From NCBI RefSeq assembly GCF_026571515.1, contig NW_026854123.1, positions 186,001 to 250,000 of the forward strand: a DNA stretch of 64,000 bases, in the 5' to 3' direction. Below are positions 13,736 to 30,095 of this stretch, piece by piece. This DNA comes from Ruditapes philippinarum. Taxonomy: Eukaryota. The position numbers were made by a program, and so were the translations under genes. Each line of letters opens with the position of its first letter. Within the stretch, counting starts at the first letter, position 1. The notes under the pieces were generated by a model. The model was not told where the DNA came from. It saw nothing but the letters and a program-made list of their open reading frames with translations, and did not search any database.

Positions 13736-16700
13736 ACCAATTATATATAAAACAGGACTAGATTATTAAATGAAATGTCTCTATTTTACTAAATTACAAC
13801 CATACTAAATACGGATTGTTTCCAATTTCTATCATTTTGAAGTTATTACCAAAACTTACAGTGCAGTTTCCACATTGTATACATGACACGTATAAGGACT
13901 AACGTGTAATAATATAAATACCGAATTATTCAGACCCAATGTTCACAATATTAAACAAGCGGACTCATAATTAAGTTTTTTTGAATCGTTTGACTTCCTA
14001 CTATTTATCTTGCTATTTGTACGATACAGAAAAATGAGTTCTAAACATGTTAATGAAACCACACCAAATACTTTTTCGATACTCTTGTGTTGATGTATAC
14101 AAAACATCATAATTACTTACGAAACTCGAATATAAGCTAAGGGCATAGAGGTTTGAAATTAAAAGCCCTTTTTAAAACTTTATTACGATTATAGATAAAT
14201 GTACATTTGATTGAAGAAGAAACAGATCTGTTAAGATTTGTTTCCACATGATTAATTTCTTTTTCATATTATTTTGTATCAGTAGCATGTACAACTCTTA
14301 TTGTAGAAGATCTACATCGGAATAAGGATACACCATTATCTAAACAATGAGTGTTTAAGATATGATATATTTCACATAATGCACATACTCGTATCATAAC
14401 AATTATTTGTAAAATCAATGTGTTGTAAACCAACGCTTTAAGGGTCTGAATTTCTTACACTTTTAATTTTCACCAGTCTTTGTTTGTACATTATTATTAA
14501 TAATCAAAACGAGACCCAAATAATTACATTCATGATTGCACATTGTAGTTGAATATAACACATATCCTAAGGTAAAAGCTATACATAGAAATACTGATAC
14601 AAATTATTTCAACATAGTATTCTAATATTGTCTATCCCTGTCATTTAACCAATTCCGGTTTTTCTTAAAGAACGAAAAAATTGACATTGATTTATATATA
14701 AAGAAAATGCAATGTATAACCAAAACTCACTCAACTACTAATAATCTCGTACAATAAATGTCTCTATGTAAACTAGGATTATTCAATATTGTTAGAATTA
14801 GAGTTTAAAACAGTGCATCTGTTATCATATTTGATGATTAGAAATGATCTCTTTTTCTGTTTTTTAAATGTCCTACCTCAATTTACTGTTGTGCAATTTT
14901 CTTGTTATTCATAAATTGTACCAAAGTAGCAAACGTCCTGCAAGATTGATACAGTGTGGGTTTATTATAGTAGTTCTAGGTCTCGACCGTATTATTCGAC
15001 TGGATGTTACTATGTGATCTCACAAAGACGTGGAAAAAGCTGAGGTATTACGAAAGTAAGTATAACTGAAGATCAAGTTACACCTACAATTTACCTTTAA
15101 GCATATACATTGTTGATTTTAACTATTATATCAAACCATATCAATAATATGTACAGTTATATATAAAACTGATTGTTAATTGAATTAATGTTATTCAATG
15201 TAACAATTTTAATGTACAGTATAAAAATTGTTTAAATCGTCAGTATTCGACGATCATTAATTTTATCATTAAATCATTACTGTTAACATTCAAAAAAAGC
15301 AGTTGTAAAACTTTTACAAAAAAGACTTTACTGGACTATATATACATTTGTACTGGACATACTACATCATACTTTCTTGAGCTGATATTTGAATATATCA
15401 GTTCGTTTGTTAGAAGACATGCTATATGAACATGTATTATCTTTGGTACAATTAATGATGGAATCAGACAAAATACACACCAGTTTATTGTTTTGTTATC
15501 ACGACAAGTAATTGATTTAGAATAGTTCCATTAAGACTGGATAGATTGTTAATCAATAAATGCTTGCTTCATTTTTCAAGGTATTGTCTCATGTTTAATT
15601 GTTTACATTTACAAACGTATCCGATCAAAAAGATATTAAACATACATTTTGAATTGAAGTTATAGTACATTTTTTCTTATTTTGATTTCATGCTTCTTTT
15701 ATTTAATTTTATTTTTCCTAGGACATATTATTTTACAGTTTGTAAGCAGATGCTTGAAATTTCAGGGAGTGATAACGATATCCATGGCTTGTAACTTATC
15801 TGTTGTCACAAAGTAAGGCCCTGTAAAGTGTAAATGAATTCAATGACACTGATTCTCATTCCAACTTTATCTTTATACGTCATCTAGTGTACTTCTTTAA
15901 AATGTGTTTGAGGAAAGTCAACGGTTTTTGCTTATTTCTGTATTGCGTTATAACTTAAAGTATGACTTTTTAATATGAAATACTCTAGCATCATTGTATT
16001 TTTACTTGTTCCCACTCTGACATACACGATTTTGTCTCGGATTAAAAACTGGCATTATATCGCCTGATATGGCGTCAAAAATTGTATCGCTAACGAATTA
16101 TTGTGTTGTTATTTACTTCTCTCCTGGATCTATTTTCCCTAAGCTATGGGTTATCATTTAATATCATATAAAACACTGCCTTAATCCGAATCATGCAATA
16201 TGATATGATAACGTACTCAAAGTTAATATGTTTTTCATCAGCGCAATAATGGTTACTGTAATTATGTTATTGTTATAATAATAATTTGACGTAGAAATAA
16301 ATACAGTAATCCACACAAACAGTCTCAATGTAATCTCCCGCTAAAAAGACTCTTCGTTCATTCAACTGTTTGGCACGTCAATTATTCATCATAATCCATT
16401 GGCGTTCAGTTGCAAAGACAGTGTTCAGCAGCGATGCCTCTGTAATATCTCTAGAATAACATAAATATGATAACGTCAGCCAAACTAGGACGGGCATTTC
16501 ATTTAATTAGATATGCGTAATGTTGTAATATTAGTGATTTATGTCATAGTCATTTCTATGCACTAAACAATTATCCTCTGTAGTATTGAGATTAACAGTT
16601 CAAGCGTTTCTTTGCATAATCTTATCTAAGCAGTTGTGAATACGTAAGGAAAAAAAGTTCCACTTTAATTATATCCGAACCAGATTAGTATGATCCACTT

Positions 16701-19659
16701 AGAAAAATAGAATTTCAATACAATCAAATCATCTACACTAGGCCACATCAAAAAGATGTTTATCAATGTCTGAGGACATTCATATTTGATCATCGGTATA
16801 CTGCTTATACTGTATGAGACATTTCATTTAGTGTTTACTTCTACAAGAATGTACTTTATAAATCAAAACTTTAAAATGTAATGATAATGCTCTTCTATTA
16901 ATTATATATAACTTTATACGCCCTAGCATAGAATTGCTTGATCTTTAAATCATGTTTATTAAATAAAAATACCAGGAAAATCAAAGAATATGAAATTTAT
17001 TAGCTATTCGTAAAACTGCAAAAATATTGTTCTTCAAACTTGTTGTAGTGTACATTAGACGTCGAGTTCAGTTAAATATTGTAAGCGTGACTCTTTGTAG
17101 TCGTTCAATGTTTTCATAATTATGACACCAGTTCATTCATTATCCTATCATAAAGGCATATGTTCATATATCGAAGGATTTTTTAATCCTTGATGTATCA
17201 TTCAAATACTGAATGTATGAATCAATTGTGTAGTGCATGTTTTATAAAAATGCTGTGTTTTGCTTTTGAAATGAATATAAATTACATGCATGTCATTTTA
17301 GGGACGGTTGTTCTCTGTTTTACATCGATTTATATTCGAAGAATGAGGAGAAATATTGGATGAAACTTAACGCACTTATTCAATGCCTTATTGTTGAAAC
17401 CAAAATAAATATGTTTCATTATGACATGTACAATGTGGGGTTAATCATTACACATGTGAATTAAAAATGGTTTTGTTTGATTACAAGATTCACTTCCTAA
17501 GTTGCGTGAACATGTTCTAAATTTTTTTATGTTAGGTTGTGATACTGTTCGCTTTGAAAAGGTAGTTTAAATTTAAGTCCGTGTTTTGAGTATAAAGTTA
17601 AAATTGCAAATCCGAGGGTAAAAAAAAAAAAAAAACAAAAAAGTTTTTAGAATATAATTGCCGTTAATTCATTGTTTTCAATAGTATAAGTTAAATGTAA
17701 TTTCCATGTATTGACTGATTCAGAACGCAAACAAGAATATTTTTCGTCTGGTGTCTGACTTTGAAAGAAACCACAAATTACCTGTGAGGGCGGGTATACA
17801 ATCGATGTACTGAAACTAAGATGTCAACATTTGATTGATAGTTCAGTATTGTCTTCTTTGTACTAAACATACATGTACTTAGAAGTAGCTCTGAAATTCA
17901 AAAAATGAAGATATTGTGCGTCAATGACATTAAACTACAAACATAAGCCTAACTATTATTTAATAAAATTGTGTGAAACGTGAGAAAGGATATTAAAATA
18001 TTTAGCCAAACACATAAAATACATATGTATGTATCAAGTAAAGCTACTGGTAAATGAATATATAGAAGTACCTTTCACTATGCAATTTCATTGAAACAAG
18101 TATTGCGTTTTACATGTAACACAATCAAATTTGGTCAGGACAAATATTTAAACTTATCTTGCAAGCACATGTAGAAGTCTAGTCAATTTCCAACATCGTA
18201 AAAATCCTTTTTACATACTTAAGAAAATGAAAAAAAAAAAGAAAACAAACACACTCCTACCAAATTTGACACACATGTAGACAGCAGTAGCATTTTTGCA
18301 ATTATATTAATTCTATATATGCAAAGATTGTTGTCTGGGCAACCATTTCATTATTTTCATTGTCATAACGGTATTTCTGTTTTTCTGCACATGTTCAATT
18401 GGCGACCTAAAAACTTAATTAAATGCAAGACAAATGGCTTTTACGTTTTATCTAATTCAATGTTCTGCAGTTTAATTAACACACACTTAAAGACGACAAA
18501 AATTGCCAATCACTTGTTTGTTTTGTTATCACGACGGGTAATCAATGTTGTCTGGATATATGACGAATAAATGGATTATCAATCAATACCGGTTCTCATG
18601 CATCTTTCCCCTCCCTTACTTTTTCAAATTTTAACGCAATACATAAATGTGCGATTTTAAACATAGCGAGTTCCTTTAACACGCAACTGTTTGTATGCAG
18701 TTTTTATTTAGATAAGTTCACTAATGATATCATTTACAGTCTCTGCAATGTAAAATATGTTTTAATAATGCCATTGTTGTTCATAAACGTCCCATTTGTC
18801 ACGTACGAATGTATCGTGCTGCAAATTTGATAAGCTTAGAAACTGTTACACCTAACTGGTCAGAAGGTTTCATATACCAGAATGTTCGGCTGGGTCCGAC
18901 GATAAGCAAACTGGATTTCATTTTCCCGGAAAGAAATATGAAAATTGTCTTTTTCTTGATAGTTCTTAATTTTTGGCAGTTGAAACTTATCAATATAATT
19001 TTGTTGTCATTCTTGTATCAATTGTGTTCCTAAAATACGGTTTGTGGCATCTGTTTTAATGTCATTATATTTGATGATTGAAAAAAAAACCCAGAGAAAA
19101 AAGCAACAGATAATAATAACGAAAAATATCGAAAAAAAACAAAACTGTGCGAGACATATTCCTAATGTTTTCTTCCTATTTGATAATAATTGGATTTCCA
19201 ATGACTTTAAAAAAAACAAAAACTGTTTACATGCACAATCTGGCAATTAAAGTTTTCAATTTAAGGATAAGTTGGTCTGGGTAAAATGATTGATGTATTT
19301 AAATTTCAAAATACTGCAAGAAGCTTAATATTACTTACATAAATATGTTGAAATGATTAACTCTTTGTATGGTTTAATCAAATGCAAATATATATGTATA
19401 TTTTGCATATCTTTAAGTTTAACCAATGCTTGGATGGGGGTTGTGCAAGATGAGTCGCATACTTAAAATGACATCATTTCGGCATGTTTTAGAAACTGTG
19501 TGCCTTAGGATGATGTCTTTTTGCCTTTGAAAATGAATCTGTAATTTATACATGCATGGTTTTCTAAGAAAATAGTAACGGGTGAATTGACATAAATTTC
19601 CAGGAAAAGTTAATAAATTCAAATTATCTATTTAAAATATGATAGAATATGCAAACAAA

Positions 19660-20185
19660 TGCTGTGTTTGATGTTCAGATGGGAGTATCTGTCTCCTTGT
19701 AACCGCCCATTGGCTATACAGAAACTCGACAGGCTTTGCTACCTCTTAGTCGGCGGGTACCTTCAGGACAAATATTCCATTTTTGCATATTAGACTGGCG
19801 TTTCCGTTAGTTTTACACATGCCGGAAATTCCATCTGGTATGGTGGTGCCAGATGAGACGCGTGCTTTACATTGGCACGCTTTAGATGAATGGAGTTGTG
19901 ATTTCATACGCTGTTGTAAATAAGATAGTTACGGATGAAATTACATAAATTTCCATGGAATAAAGTTTTATTAAGGTAAAGAGCTTAAAATATATAGATA
20001 TATAAATATATAATGAATATGGTTGAATATGCAAGAACAAATAATTGGCAAATGTTTGCGGTTCGGATCAGAATATCCGTCCCTCGGAAACCCACTTATT
20101 GGCGGTAACTCGGCAAGCCTCGTTGACGCCCCATGGGCAGGTCCCCTCAGGACGGATATTCCGATCCGAACAGCAACATTCGACA
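19660..20185. mobile_element. Foldback palindromic element (possibly Crypton-like non-autonomous), with a degenerate second copy
   Basis: Hairpin 20052-20179: tgtttgcggttcggatcagaatatccgtcc...ggacggatattccgatccgaacagcaaca around a ctcggcaagcctcg centre. A decayed similar copy lies at ~19660-19780. Confidence 0.5.
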
Positions 20186-20784
20186 GATATTATAAGCTGG
20201 ACCTGCATCATGTTACTGAAATGTACTTTTAGTGAATACTTGATTGTCATTGTTAAAATAAACATAATAAATATGCTTCTAATAAAACACTCTGTACGCA
20301 CAATGATTATTAATACCAGACAAACATAAAATGAGACAAATTTTTTACGAGTGAATTTTAATTAATATCCTTAGAATTAAATCTTAGTTAGTGAATAATG
20401 AAGGGAAATATAGATTACTGTACTAACCATTTCCACTGCAATGTACAGTAACTAGTGGTTGTCTGTTTGTTTGTCAATCCATGTTCTTATAGTTTGCTTC
20501 ATGTCAAAGATTTTATATTTAATTTCGTCCCCAGATCAGTTTATTCAAAATTAAGAGCAGTTCGTGTTTATCGATTTACGATGGAATCTGTTTGAGACTG
20601 TTCAAATCTTCTTTGGTAGCAAATCCTTAAAGCTGTCAAATTGCAAAAAGTTCAAATGTGTCTTTGGTCATTAGGTTTACTTTTATATGTTTCTACATAA
20701 TCATTTTGGTGTTTACTTACTTAACCGTTTGTTTCCATAACAACTGTTAGAATTTCACTTTGCGGGGATTCATTTTATTTACAC

Positions 20785-21315
20785 TGTCTCGTTTATAGAA
20801 ACATGGTGGGGGTGCACCATAAACCGGTTTAAACTCCCCAGCTCTACTTGTGCTGCTGACCGTTCCAAGACGGCGCCAGATGTATGTCTATGCTGATTCA
20901 TTTTGTTTTGGTGACACTTTTGCTTGTGTTCCTTGTTGTTTCTCGTCTACGGTAAGTATCTTTCTTCCCCTTTGCCCCCCTAGTTTTTTAATTTTAATTT
21001 ACCCCCCCCCTCTTCCCCCCGTTATTTTTTTCTTATTTTTTCTTATTATTTTTTTGTTTTTTTTTCTCCTGTCCCCTTCCCCTGTGCCCTTTGACTTTAT
21101 TGGCCTATTATTTAATCATTTATTTTTTCTTTGAATTCCTTATCAGTTACAAACTATTTATCATTTTAATGATTGGCCTGTCCGTGCTCTGTCTTGTGCC
21201 CTGTCCTGTTTTTGTTTGGGGTCCGCCTGGGCTCCTTGCCACTGGTTCCTGTTGCTGTGTCGTGTGGGGGTTGCGTTCATTGAACGCCGCCTTTCATTGT
21301 TGATTTTGTTTATCT
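20785..21315 (+). mobile_element. SINE-like element (3' part)
   Basis: Contains taaactccccag...ctgaccgttccaag.cgg. 21140-21313 is the reverse complement of 30440-30610 at high identity. Confidence 0.6.
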
Positions 21316-24300
21316 TATTTTGATTGATAATACAAGTCATAATTTACATGAATCATATCATGCGTAATAACAAATAAATGTTGATTACAATATGAAATAT
21401 ATCATATTTCTACACAGTCAATTTTGTTTAAAAGGGTTTAAAAAATTTAGGCGAGACCTTTCTTATCTTTAAAAGAATTTAAAACCTATATGTGTTTTTG
21501 TTAAGTAAATCATGAAAAAGTTTGTAATGATAAACAAATTACTAAAATTTTTTCTGGGTACTCTTAAAAAAACCATGGGATGAAAAAAATGCCATTGATA
21601 CAATTTCGTTTTCACTGACTTTTGATATTTCAGTTTAGTTATTTTTGGGATTTCTCTTGCCCAATATGGGAAGATAAATTTTAAACTTTTGACGCGTTTA
21701 AAAGATTTATGTGCTTATTTAAAAGGGTCATTCCCCAATAATTTAAAGTAAATATATTTACATTACAACCTAAAATTTAAAGTATTATAAGGGTAAAACC
21801 AACTTTGTTATCCCGCAGGTGGCCTAATTTCGGAAACCTTTTTTAAAATTATGAGGTTAATTGATTTTCTATACTAAATGCAAGAATTTTTTTCTTGATT
21901 TCATTGATTTAACTGATCTTGTTATTTTGGTTGCTGATTAATAACAAACATACATATCTGCAAGGTAAGAAAATGGTTGTAAGATAGCAGTGTGACCTGT
22001 TATGACTTCTATCGATCGTTTTTGAATAAAAAATACTTAAAAAAAAATAATCAAGATACGAAGGCAAAGAGTGTTTTTTAAAAAAATTTAATGAAAGTCC
22101 AAATTTCAATAGAATATTCATATTAACATTGACAAAAAAAAATAATCCTCTAAGGACGGGCCCAAAATCGACAACATTAAAATGTTTGCAAAGGGCCTCG
22201 CGGGAATATTATTGAGAAAAAGCTAAAATGGTGCCCCCAAAATAACATGGTACTCTAATCACAATACAAATTACCACACCATAGTTACTACATGTTACAT
22301 GCAGCAGGAATATGCCACAGTGGGTTTTAAATAAAATAGAGAGATTAACAGGTAAGTAAATTAATTAACCTGAGTTATAAACTTGATGATAATCTAGAAA
22401 TATTGTTTCTCTATATTTACATTCGTGACTAATTTCTGATGATAAAACGTGGAACGTGATAATAAAAACACATGTTACATACGATTGATCAGCTAGCATT
22501 AAACGAGGCACTGCTGCTACCTGATTAGTCTTCAATTTTATTGCACATTTACCTCTTCTAGGATACTACCATTAACATATTTTATGGTAATGGCAGAACC
22601 GATATTTATGTTTGTCATGATTATATGTACACATTTGTGCGGCCTTTGTTAATAACATAGTTTGTGATAATTAAGAAGCTGATATATATTATGGAATGCA
22701 AATATGTTCTTTTAAATTCGTACAATTAATAATAATAGTCAAAACATAAAAGACTGTAGCTTTAAGTAAACTTAGCTATTGAGGAAGGGTTTAATTGCAA
22801 TTAACCGTTATTACACGAAAATTACAACCTGTATAACAAAATTTTGTAAAAAGTCATGCTAATCAATAAAAACAACGCAACATACAAATATTCAAGTATC
22901 ATAAAAAATATTTAAATTCAAATTGGAACAGCTTTTCAATTTCAGAAATATTACATAGTTAAGACGTAAAGTAAATGCATTTAATTTAATTCTGAAAACG
23001 CTCACTTATATCACTTTGTGTAATTTTCATTTCCAATACTTTTACACGATGACGTACGATTTTAAAAAATAAAAACAGGCGTACATAAGACTGCAGCCAG
23101 ATGTTGTGCACTGAAGTGTTGTATGAAATGCGTATAAATAATATTGCAAAATCAACTTTTTATTTCTAAAATATAAGTTCTCATTTTTAAGTTTATGGGT
23201 CGTTCAAGGAAAATTATATACTGAAGATAAAAGTAATTGTAAATATTAAACCATATTATCTAGTTTAACTCGAGAGACAGCAAATATTCAATGAAAAAGT
23301 TCAAAAGTACAAGTATAGGTTCACATAAACTGTTACGAATGGCCGCATTTCGTCCCAATTTTTGGAAGTCCTGAATATAATTAAGAATTTACACGATGGC
23401 AAATTACCTGTCAACCATTTTTTTGCTTAGGTTGGTTTTTGGTAATTTTTGTACATTTATATTGATTTAGTATTCATAATCGCTTGCATATCGCTTCTGA
23501 AGCAATGATGGACATCTTAAATAAATGCTTGAAAGCAGTATTACTGGTCTATAAACAAATTTGATAGTTTTTAAAGTCATTATCATTAAGGTTGATTTGA
23601 TAAAAAGACGAAATTAGAAACCTATGTTAAATCATTAACAAAATGACACGGCCATAAGGAGAAATAGAAGTCTTTGATAATTGAAAAGTTTTGTTACGTT
23701 GAGGTTTGCTAATCATTCTCGACATTTATCGAGTGCTGTTTTGTTTTCGGTTTTCAAATATTTTGAATATTGGATTACAATATATTGATACCATCGTTAT
23801 CAATTAAATCACTTTCGGTTACCATAGCATAAATATTTTTATGATTTCAAAATTATTCTTCTTCCACCACTCGGAATAGTTTGGCTCTTTAGGTCTTAAT
23901 TTATTATAATTATACGTTCTTAACTTTCATGTCCCTTATGCAAAAAATTACATACACCAAGTAAATGACATGGACATATTAGGTTATTTGGAATAATATG
24001 CAAATAAAAAAACAGTGAATGCTCTGTGACAGAACACACATTTGTTATATCTTGACATTTAACGGGTGATATTATTATTGAATTAAAAAATAAATACAAA
24101 AGTAAATCAAAACACTTTGCTTTCAAGGTTTTATATCTTTATAATATTCAATCTGCGTTTAGATGAAGCCCAAAATGAACTTAAAAACATTGCATTATAT
24201 AAAAAAATCTGTTTATTATTATGTAACACATTATTCATCAATCGCGCATCACTTAGTGGCATTTGGATAGTTCTACTACGACAGAATCGTTTCAATGTTC

Positions 24301-24436
24301 ACATGCAAGAATATGCTTCATAAAAAAAAGTGACATTTGATGTGTGAGCACATAATTTTATTGTATCATTTGAATCATTTATGTAAATTATATGTAATAA
24401 TCATTATCATTAAATATCATTATTTTTTATTTTTAT

Positions 24437-24439
24437 ATA

Positions 24440-24479
<40 letters not shown>

Positions 24480-24490
24480 CATTATTATCA
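24437..24490. repeat. (ATT)n microsatellite
   Basis: Run of attattatt... visible directly. Confidence 0.9.
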
Positions 24491-24599
24491 GAATCGGTTA
24501 CTGAAAGCAAATAATGGCACATCTCTATATAGCGGTGCCATGTTCTTTACTGACTTGCATTATTTATATCAAATTACAATTTGTGTTATTTCAATTCAT

Positions 24600-26070
24600 T
24601 AGACAAATGTACAACCTGTAATGTAATTTCTTCATCATGGGGACGGAAGAACATTAAATGATATTTTGGGTCGGTATTTTTAAATAAATGTTTTTATGAA
24701 ATTTTAAAACATACATTAAAGAACATTTAAACATGAAAAGCACTGCTTTTACAGTAACGGTATTAAATGAGTATATGGGACAAATCGAGAAACATACTTA
24801 TTCCAAACTCATGCGGGAAAATTACTACAAATGAATAGGAAGCTCGTTTACATTCTACTGGATGATAAATATTAACAATACTGTTATAAATTATATAAAT
24901 GATTTATGAGGAAGAACAGCTAGATATACATTGCATCTCTTTGTTAATCAGGTTATGAGTGCATGTGTTACTATCATGTAGTATGCAATTATTATTTTCG
25001 AACAATAACAGTTTTGTGCTGTTTGGTGTTCATATTAAATCATTCGTGGTTTATGGCAATTAATTGTCTATTGAATATTCATTGAAATATAAAAAAGTAA
25101 TTAAGCATATACAAGCCTTAATAGATGTGTGAAACGTGGTTATCTGCGTTTTTTGATAATCTACTAAATTATGGTTATATAACATTAAAGATTAAAACAG
25201 ACTGTAAACAATAAATTTTTGTCACTTTTACTATCATCATTTAAGTGAAAGCATTTGAGTCGTTTATTTAAATAAGGTAAAGTAAGAATTTGCATCAATG
25301 GTTCTAATTTAAATGAATGGCGAAATGTTTTGACATTTATTTTTGTTTAGAAATTGATTGCTGCAAATTTTCTAATTTAAAGTGACATATATTAGTTATG
25401 GTATTGCATGGAAATGTAGATTATAAATAATCAAATTGGACTTTGACAAATCATATACAAAGACAAACATTTCAGAAATGATACATAATGTAAATATAAT
25501 GTTAGAAATACAAATCTTGATTTGTAGCTAAGTGCTTCGATTTTATGATTATGTCTTGTGAGTTCGAGTTTGTAAAAAAATGACATGATGGAATCAGACA
25601 AAATTAGCCAGTCTGTTTATTGTTTGATATTTAACAAGTAATAGGATTGGACTACTATGAATTGAACATCGATAATATTTCCAAGTCTATTTTTACAATC
25701 AACGTTTTCTGCTTCATCATATAAATATGAGTGCAGAAAGGCTCACAAGAAACGCAGCCGCTCCACAAAACCCAGGAAAACAGACCATTAAATAGGAATC
25801 AAGCAGAGGGCATCGCATAATAACAGGACACGACACAAGGACGAGGCATTATTATTGTTAATTATTGAAGATTCTTTAGGAAAAGTTAAATTTATACTCC
25901 CAAAGATCTTTGAAATTAACATACAACAATCTTATATTTGCAAAACAAACAGAAATCTATATCCATTGATATTTGTTACTGAAAATACTCATGCAATGCA
26001 ACAACGGTGTTTAGTTTCACGTCTATTTGAATTATTTACGTACATTGAACAAAAATTGAAGTGAATTTTG
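24600..26070 (+). repeat. Left arm of a diverged inverted duplication (partner 30965-33200)
   Basis: tgacatgatggaatcagacaaa (~25581) is the reverse complement of tttgtctgattccatcatgtca (~32350). Further collinear blocks: 25100-25230 vs 32720-32850 and 25975-26060 vs 30975-31060. Confidence 0.75.
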
Positions 26071-29000
26071 TTATGCCAATAGGACGTGTAAATCTTTTCA
26101 TAAAATATATTTACGTAACGTTTAATAAAACCACATTTTCTAATACAATTACAATATTATTTTAATCAACATTCCGAGATTGCTCTTATTCCGGTAATTT
26201 TTATTGAACGTCCATGTACTTTAAATTTACTCTTTAGTTATGAAAATGTCAAGTGCGTGGCCTGATGTAATTCTAAACCGTCACGTTTAGATGTAAGTGT
26301 ACATTTATCTAAAATCACTGTCATTTCATTATTATAAATACTAAATGTATACATTAAATGATTGATGCATATTATGTAATCGAGACCATATTCAGATATT
26401 ATCATTTGATTTCATTAAACCATTACGAAATGTATATCCGTCGCACTAACAGTCTAATCTATATTCTGATCTATATGCCACCCGTGATTGGACTATGAAA
26501 CATATTATTAAGTTTGTTTCTCTATTGTTAGGAAAAAAATTTCAAAAAGGAAACTTTTTTCGAAATACCGACTGGACGTTCGATTACCTGCCATTTTTGA
26601 TATTGCTCAATACTTGTGGTTTGCTACATAACAAATAAATTATCCCATAGAAATACGAACCAATTGATGTGTTATGACATAACGATCTTCCAAAATATAC
26701 AACATCATGAATGTTTGCTTACGAACTATATTTTATAGCTGGAACGCTTTGATACTTACCACTATCCTTTATGAAATTATTGACTCTGATTTCGTTTGAT
26801 AGTATACATCAAGAACATTTGACATTCTAGGCAATAATACTCACTTGGAATAGAAAATATGATTTCAGCAAATGATGGGTTGTTTATATTGTGCAACAGA
26901 GCGTAACGTAAAAATATTATTACAGTTGTATATTGACATTCAGTTTACATTTCACAAGTAAACTTGTTAAACTAGTTCCCCAGATTCACGATACGATGAT
27001 TTCTGGTTGTAAGCCGATAAGCAAATTGACGCTTTCAAATTGATAATGGAGACTAAAGTGTGATGTATGATGAATCTGATAAAATCAATCTCCTAATTAG
27101 GGTACGAATAAGGATCCTGAACGATCACAATAGTTGTTCCTTCTGTGATCTTTTAAACGAGCCAATCATCAGCGAGCTTTCATAATCTTGAAAGCGTGCG
27201 GTTTCTATTTTAACCATGGAAAACCAATACTGTGTAAGATAATTTTCACGGATTTCGAAAATAATATGGCAGTGTCCATTTGTTAAGTCGTTGGTAAACT
27301 GGCATAAAATTTCGTGGCGATTTAATGTGAGTCTTTATTTTCAGTTTATTTGTTCAATCTTTTTTTACATTGTTTTTTTTTTACGAAAACTTCCACAGAC
27401 AACGAATTGATGACAATATTTAAAAGATTCATGGTCGAAATGGCTTTCTCGGGAATCCGAATAACACTAAAGGCAAACATATACGATGGTTATCAGATGT
27501 CATGTAAAAAGTAGGGGAGTAGATATCTGCACTTTTTAGTCAGATTGATGTATAATGATATTATTAAGAATCTATTTGTTCATCCTGACTAATTTGTAAG
27601 AAACATTGCAAACCATTGTCATAATAATTTTATGTAAATCACCTTGTATAGAATATGCTCACTATTCTTACGGTATAAAAGACTGGATTTACAAAAAATG
27701 TTTATCTGCTTTTTCCTAAATGATCTGCATTTTCCTTAATGAATTGTGTTAATTGAATAAAAACGGTCTGCAATACTACATACATTCATAGTTTGGTATA
27801 GATGTAATACTATTTTCATTAATAATTTTATCAGTTAGAAACCGAAACATTTTTTTTTTCTATTTCATTTTGTGTTTCATTCGTAATAAAATTTGTATAA
27901 TTAAAAATCGTATTCTAAAATTGCATGCTAAAACTGATTTAATTTGAAAAATGCACGGGGGAACTAAATCAAATTAATGTATTGGCAAAGAATGTGACAG
28001 TACACATTATATTCTTCGCCAATCAGAGTTAAAATAACAAAAATAATATATAATTAAGTTGGTTTGTTATTCTGAAACAGGTAATTGATGCCCGGTTAGT
28101 AACATGAATCTAAATGGATTGTTTATCATAATTGCTCGGACATCTTTTGTTTGCTAGCTAAATTTTATCTTAGCTTTTATGCCGTGGCATTTGTTGGTTC
28201 AAAGCATTTGATATCTCTACAATAGATACAATTGCAACTATTGCATGTGTTTTGTAATGTACGAAGTTGTACAACGTCTTATGATTTTTTAAGTTAGTCT
28301 AGTATGTTGGAAGTTATAAATATTATCATAATCATTTTGATAATGTGTGTATCTTATTTGAAATTGATTTTTTCCTTTTGCAGTGATACTCTTAAGGTAT
28401 TAACTAACACATCGCAATAAGTCGATAATCAGATAAAAGATAGCTAGCTAGCTGATATCTATTATCTTCTTTCAGTACATTAGGTAACATTTATATGTTT
28501 TTATTCGCCTGTTATTCAAGAACAGTCGACAGTTAGCGAAGGATGCGGGAAAATATTGTAAAACCGTTCTTCAATTAATATTCGTTCATGTGCTTCGTGT
28601 TTGGTTTTAATTAAATAAACAGACTTTGTAAAATTTTATGTTTGCTAGGAACAAGACTGGTACACAATCTGATTGCTATATTTGGCTGTGGAATAAGTGT
28701 AATTAAATAAGCCAGTGAAAACAATTATAATATCTAGTAAACACGTTATCAATTTAATTTGACAATTTATGGTGGAAATTTGTACTGGAAAGACTTAGAC
28801 TGTTACGTATAATGATAAAACGCAATAACAGCCTGCAGCGAAAATTACCCCTGATTGTAATTGTAAGTAAAAAAAAGCCCGAAATAATTGATAGTTGCCA
28901 TTTTTGTAGAATTAAGCCTATTGAAAGTATTCTTCAATGCATTAGATGGCTGCATGATTTAGGTTTCTGGGAGACTGTGCCTTTGTAGTGTAAAAGTGAG

Positions 29001-30095
29001 TGTATGTTACGAATATCGGAAAAACGGCCTGTCACAAGTCTAGCGACTAAATACCAGCCCCACCCACCACCCAAAAAAGAAGAAAAAATTAACACACTAG
29101 CATTTTATGGAATCACCTTTTATTCTTCGACAGAATATTATTAATAATATAGGATAATTAAAAATATCAAATTTATTCAAGCCTCGTGATAAAGAGTAGA
29201 CGCTCTTCGCTTGGTGTTTGAGTGTCATGAAGGGTTATAGTTCTTATTCATTTTGTGCAGCAACATAAAGATACAGTACACAATCTGATTGGAAAAATGT
29301 ACTTTTTATGTCTTAGTTCTTATACAGTTGGTTTAAAAGCGTTTCAATGGTACTAAAGCTGTATGAATGAATTATATCTTACCGCAACTTTTTTGTATCT
29401 TTAATTTTAAAATTTACCTTTACTGGACAGGAATACATAAAAAATATTGTGTTACAATTTTTCCAATCCAGTCTTATTTCTTTTGTTGTGAAATGTTTGT
29501 AATTGTTGTTAATGTACAATATATTAAATACATAAAGTTTAATTAAATGGTACTAAAGTTATATAGCGACAGGAAGTTAGCAAAGAACCTGTCTTTCACA
29601 AAACACTGTCTTATATAAATACGTATCGTGAATCTGAAACCTGTTTAACAAGTAAAAAATTCTTTTAAAATTGTGAAATGTAACTGAATGTAAAGGTATA
29701 ACTGTAATTTTATTTTACGTTACACCCTCTTGCGCAATATAAAACAACCCATCATATAATGAAATCATATTTTCTATTTTCCACGATTTATTATTGCCTA
29801 GAATGTTACTTGTAGTTGACGTATAATAAGAAACGAATCATTGTCAATAATTTCATAAAGGAAGTGGTGAGATCGAACATTTCCATTACTAAATTATAAT
29901 AACGTGTAAAAGATCATTCCTAAAAATAGAGAGAAAAAAAAACAAACATTTTTTCTTTCATCGTCCAATAACGGATATACCCGTGTTAAAGTTGTTGGCA
30001 TTTGCACCGGAATATAGATCAGACTGTAAGTGGGACAGATATATATATTTGTGCTCTGAATAGTTTAATGAAATCAAATGGTAATATCTGAATAT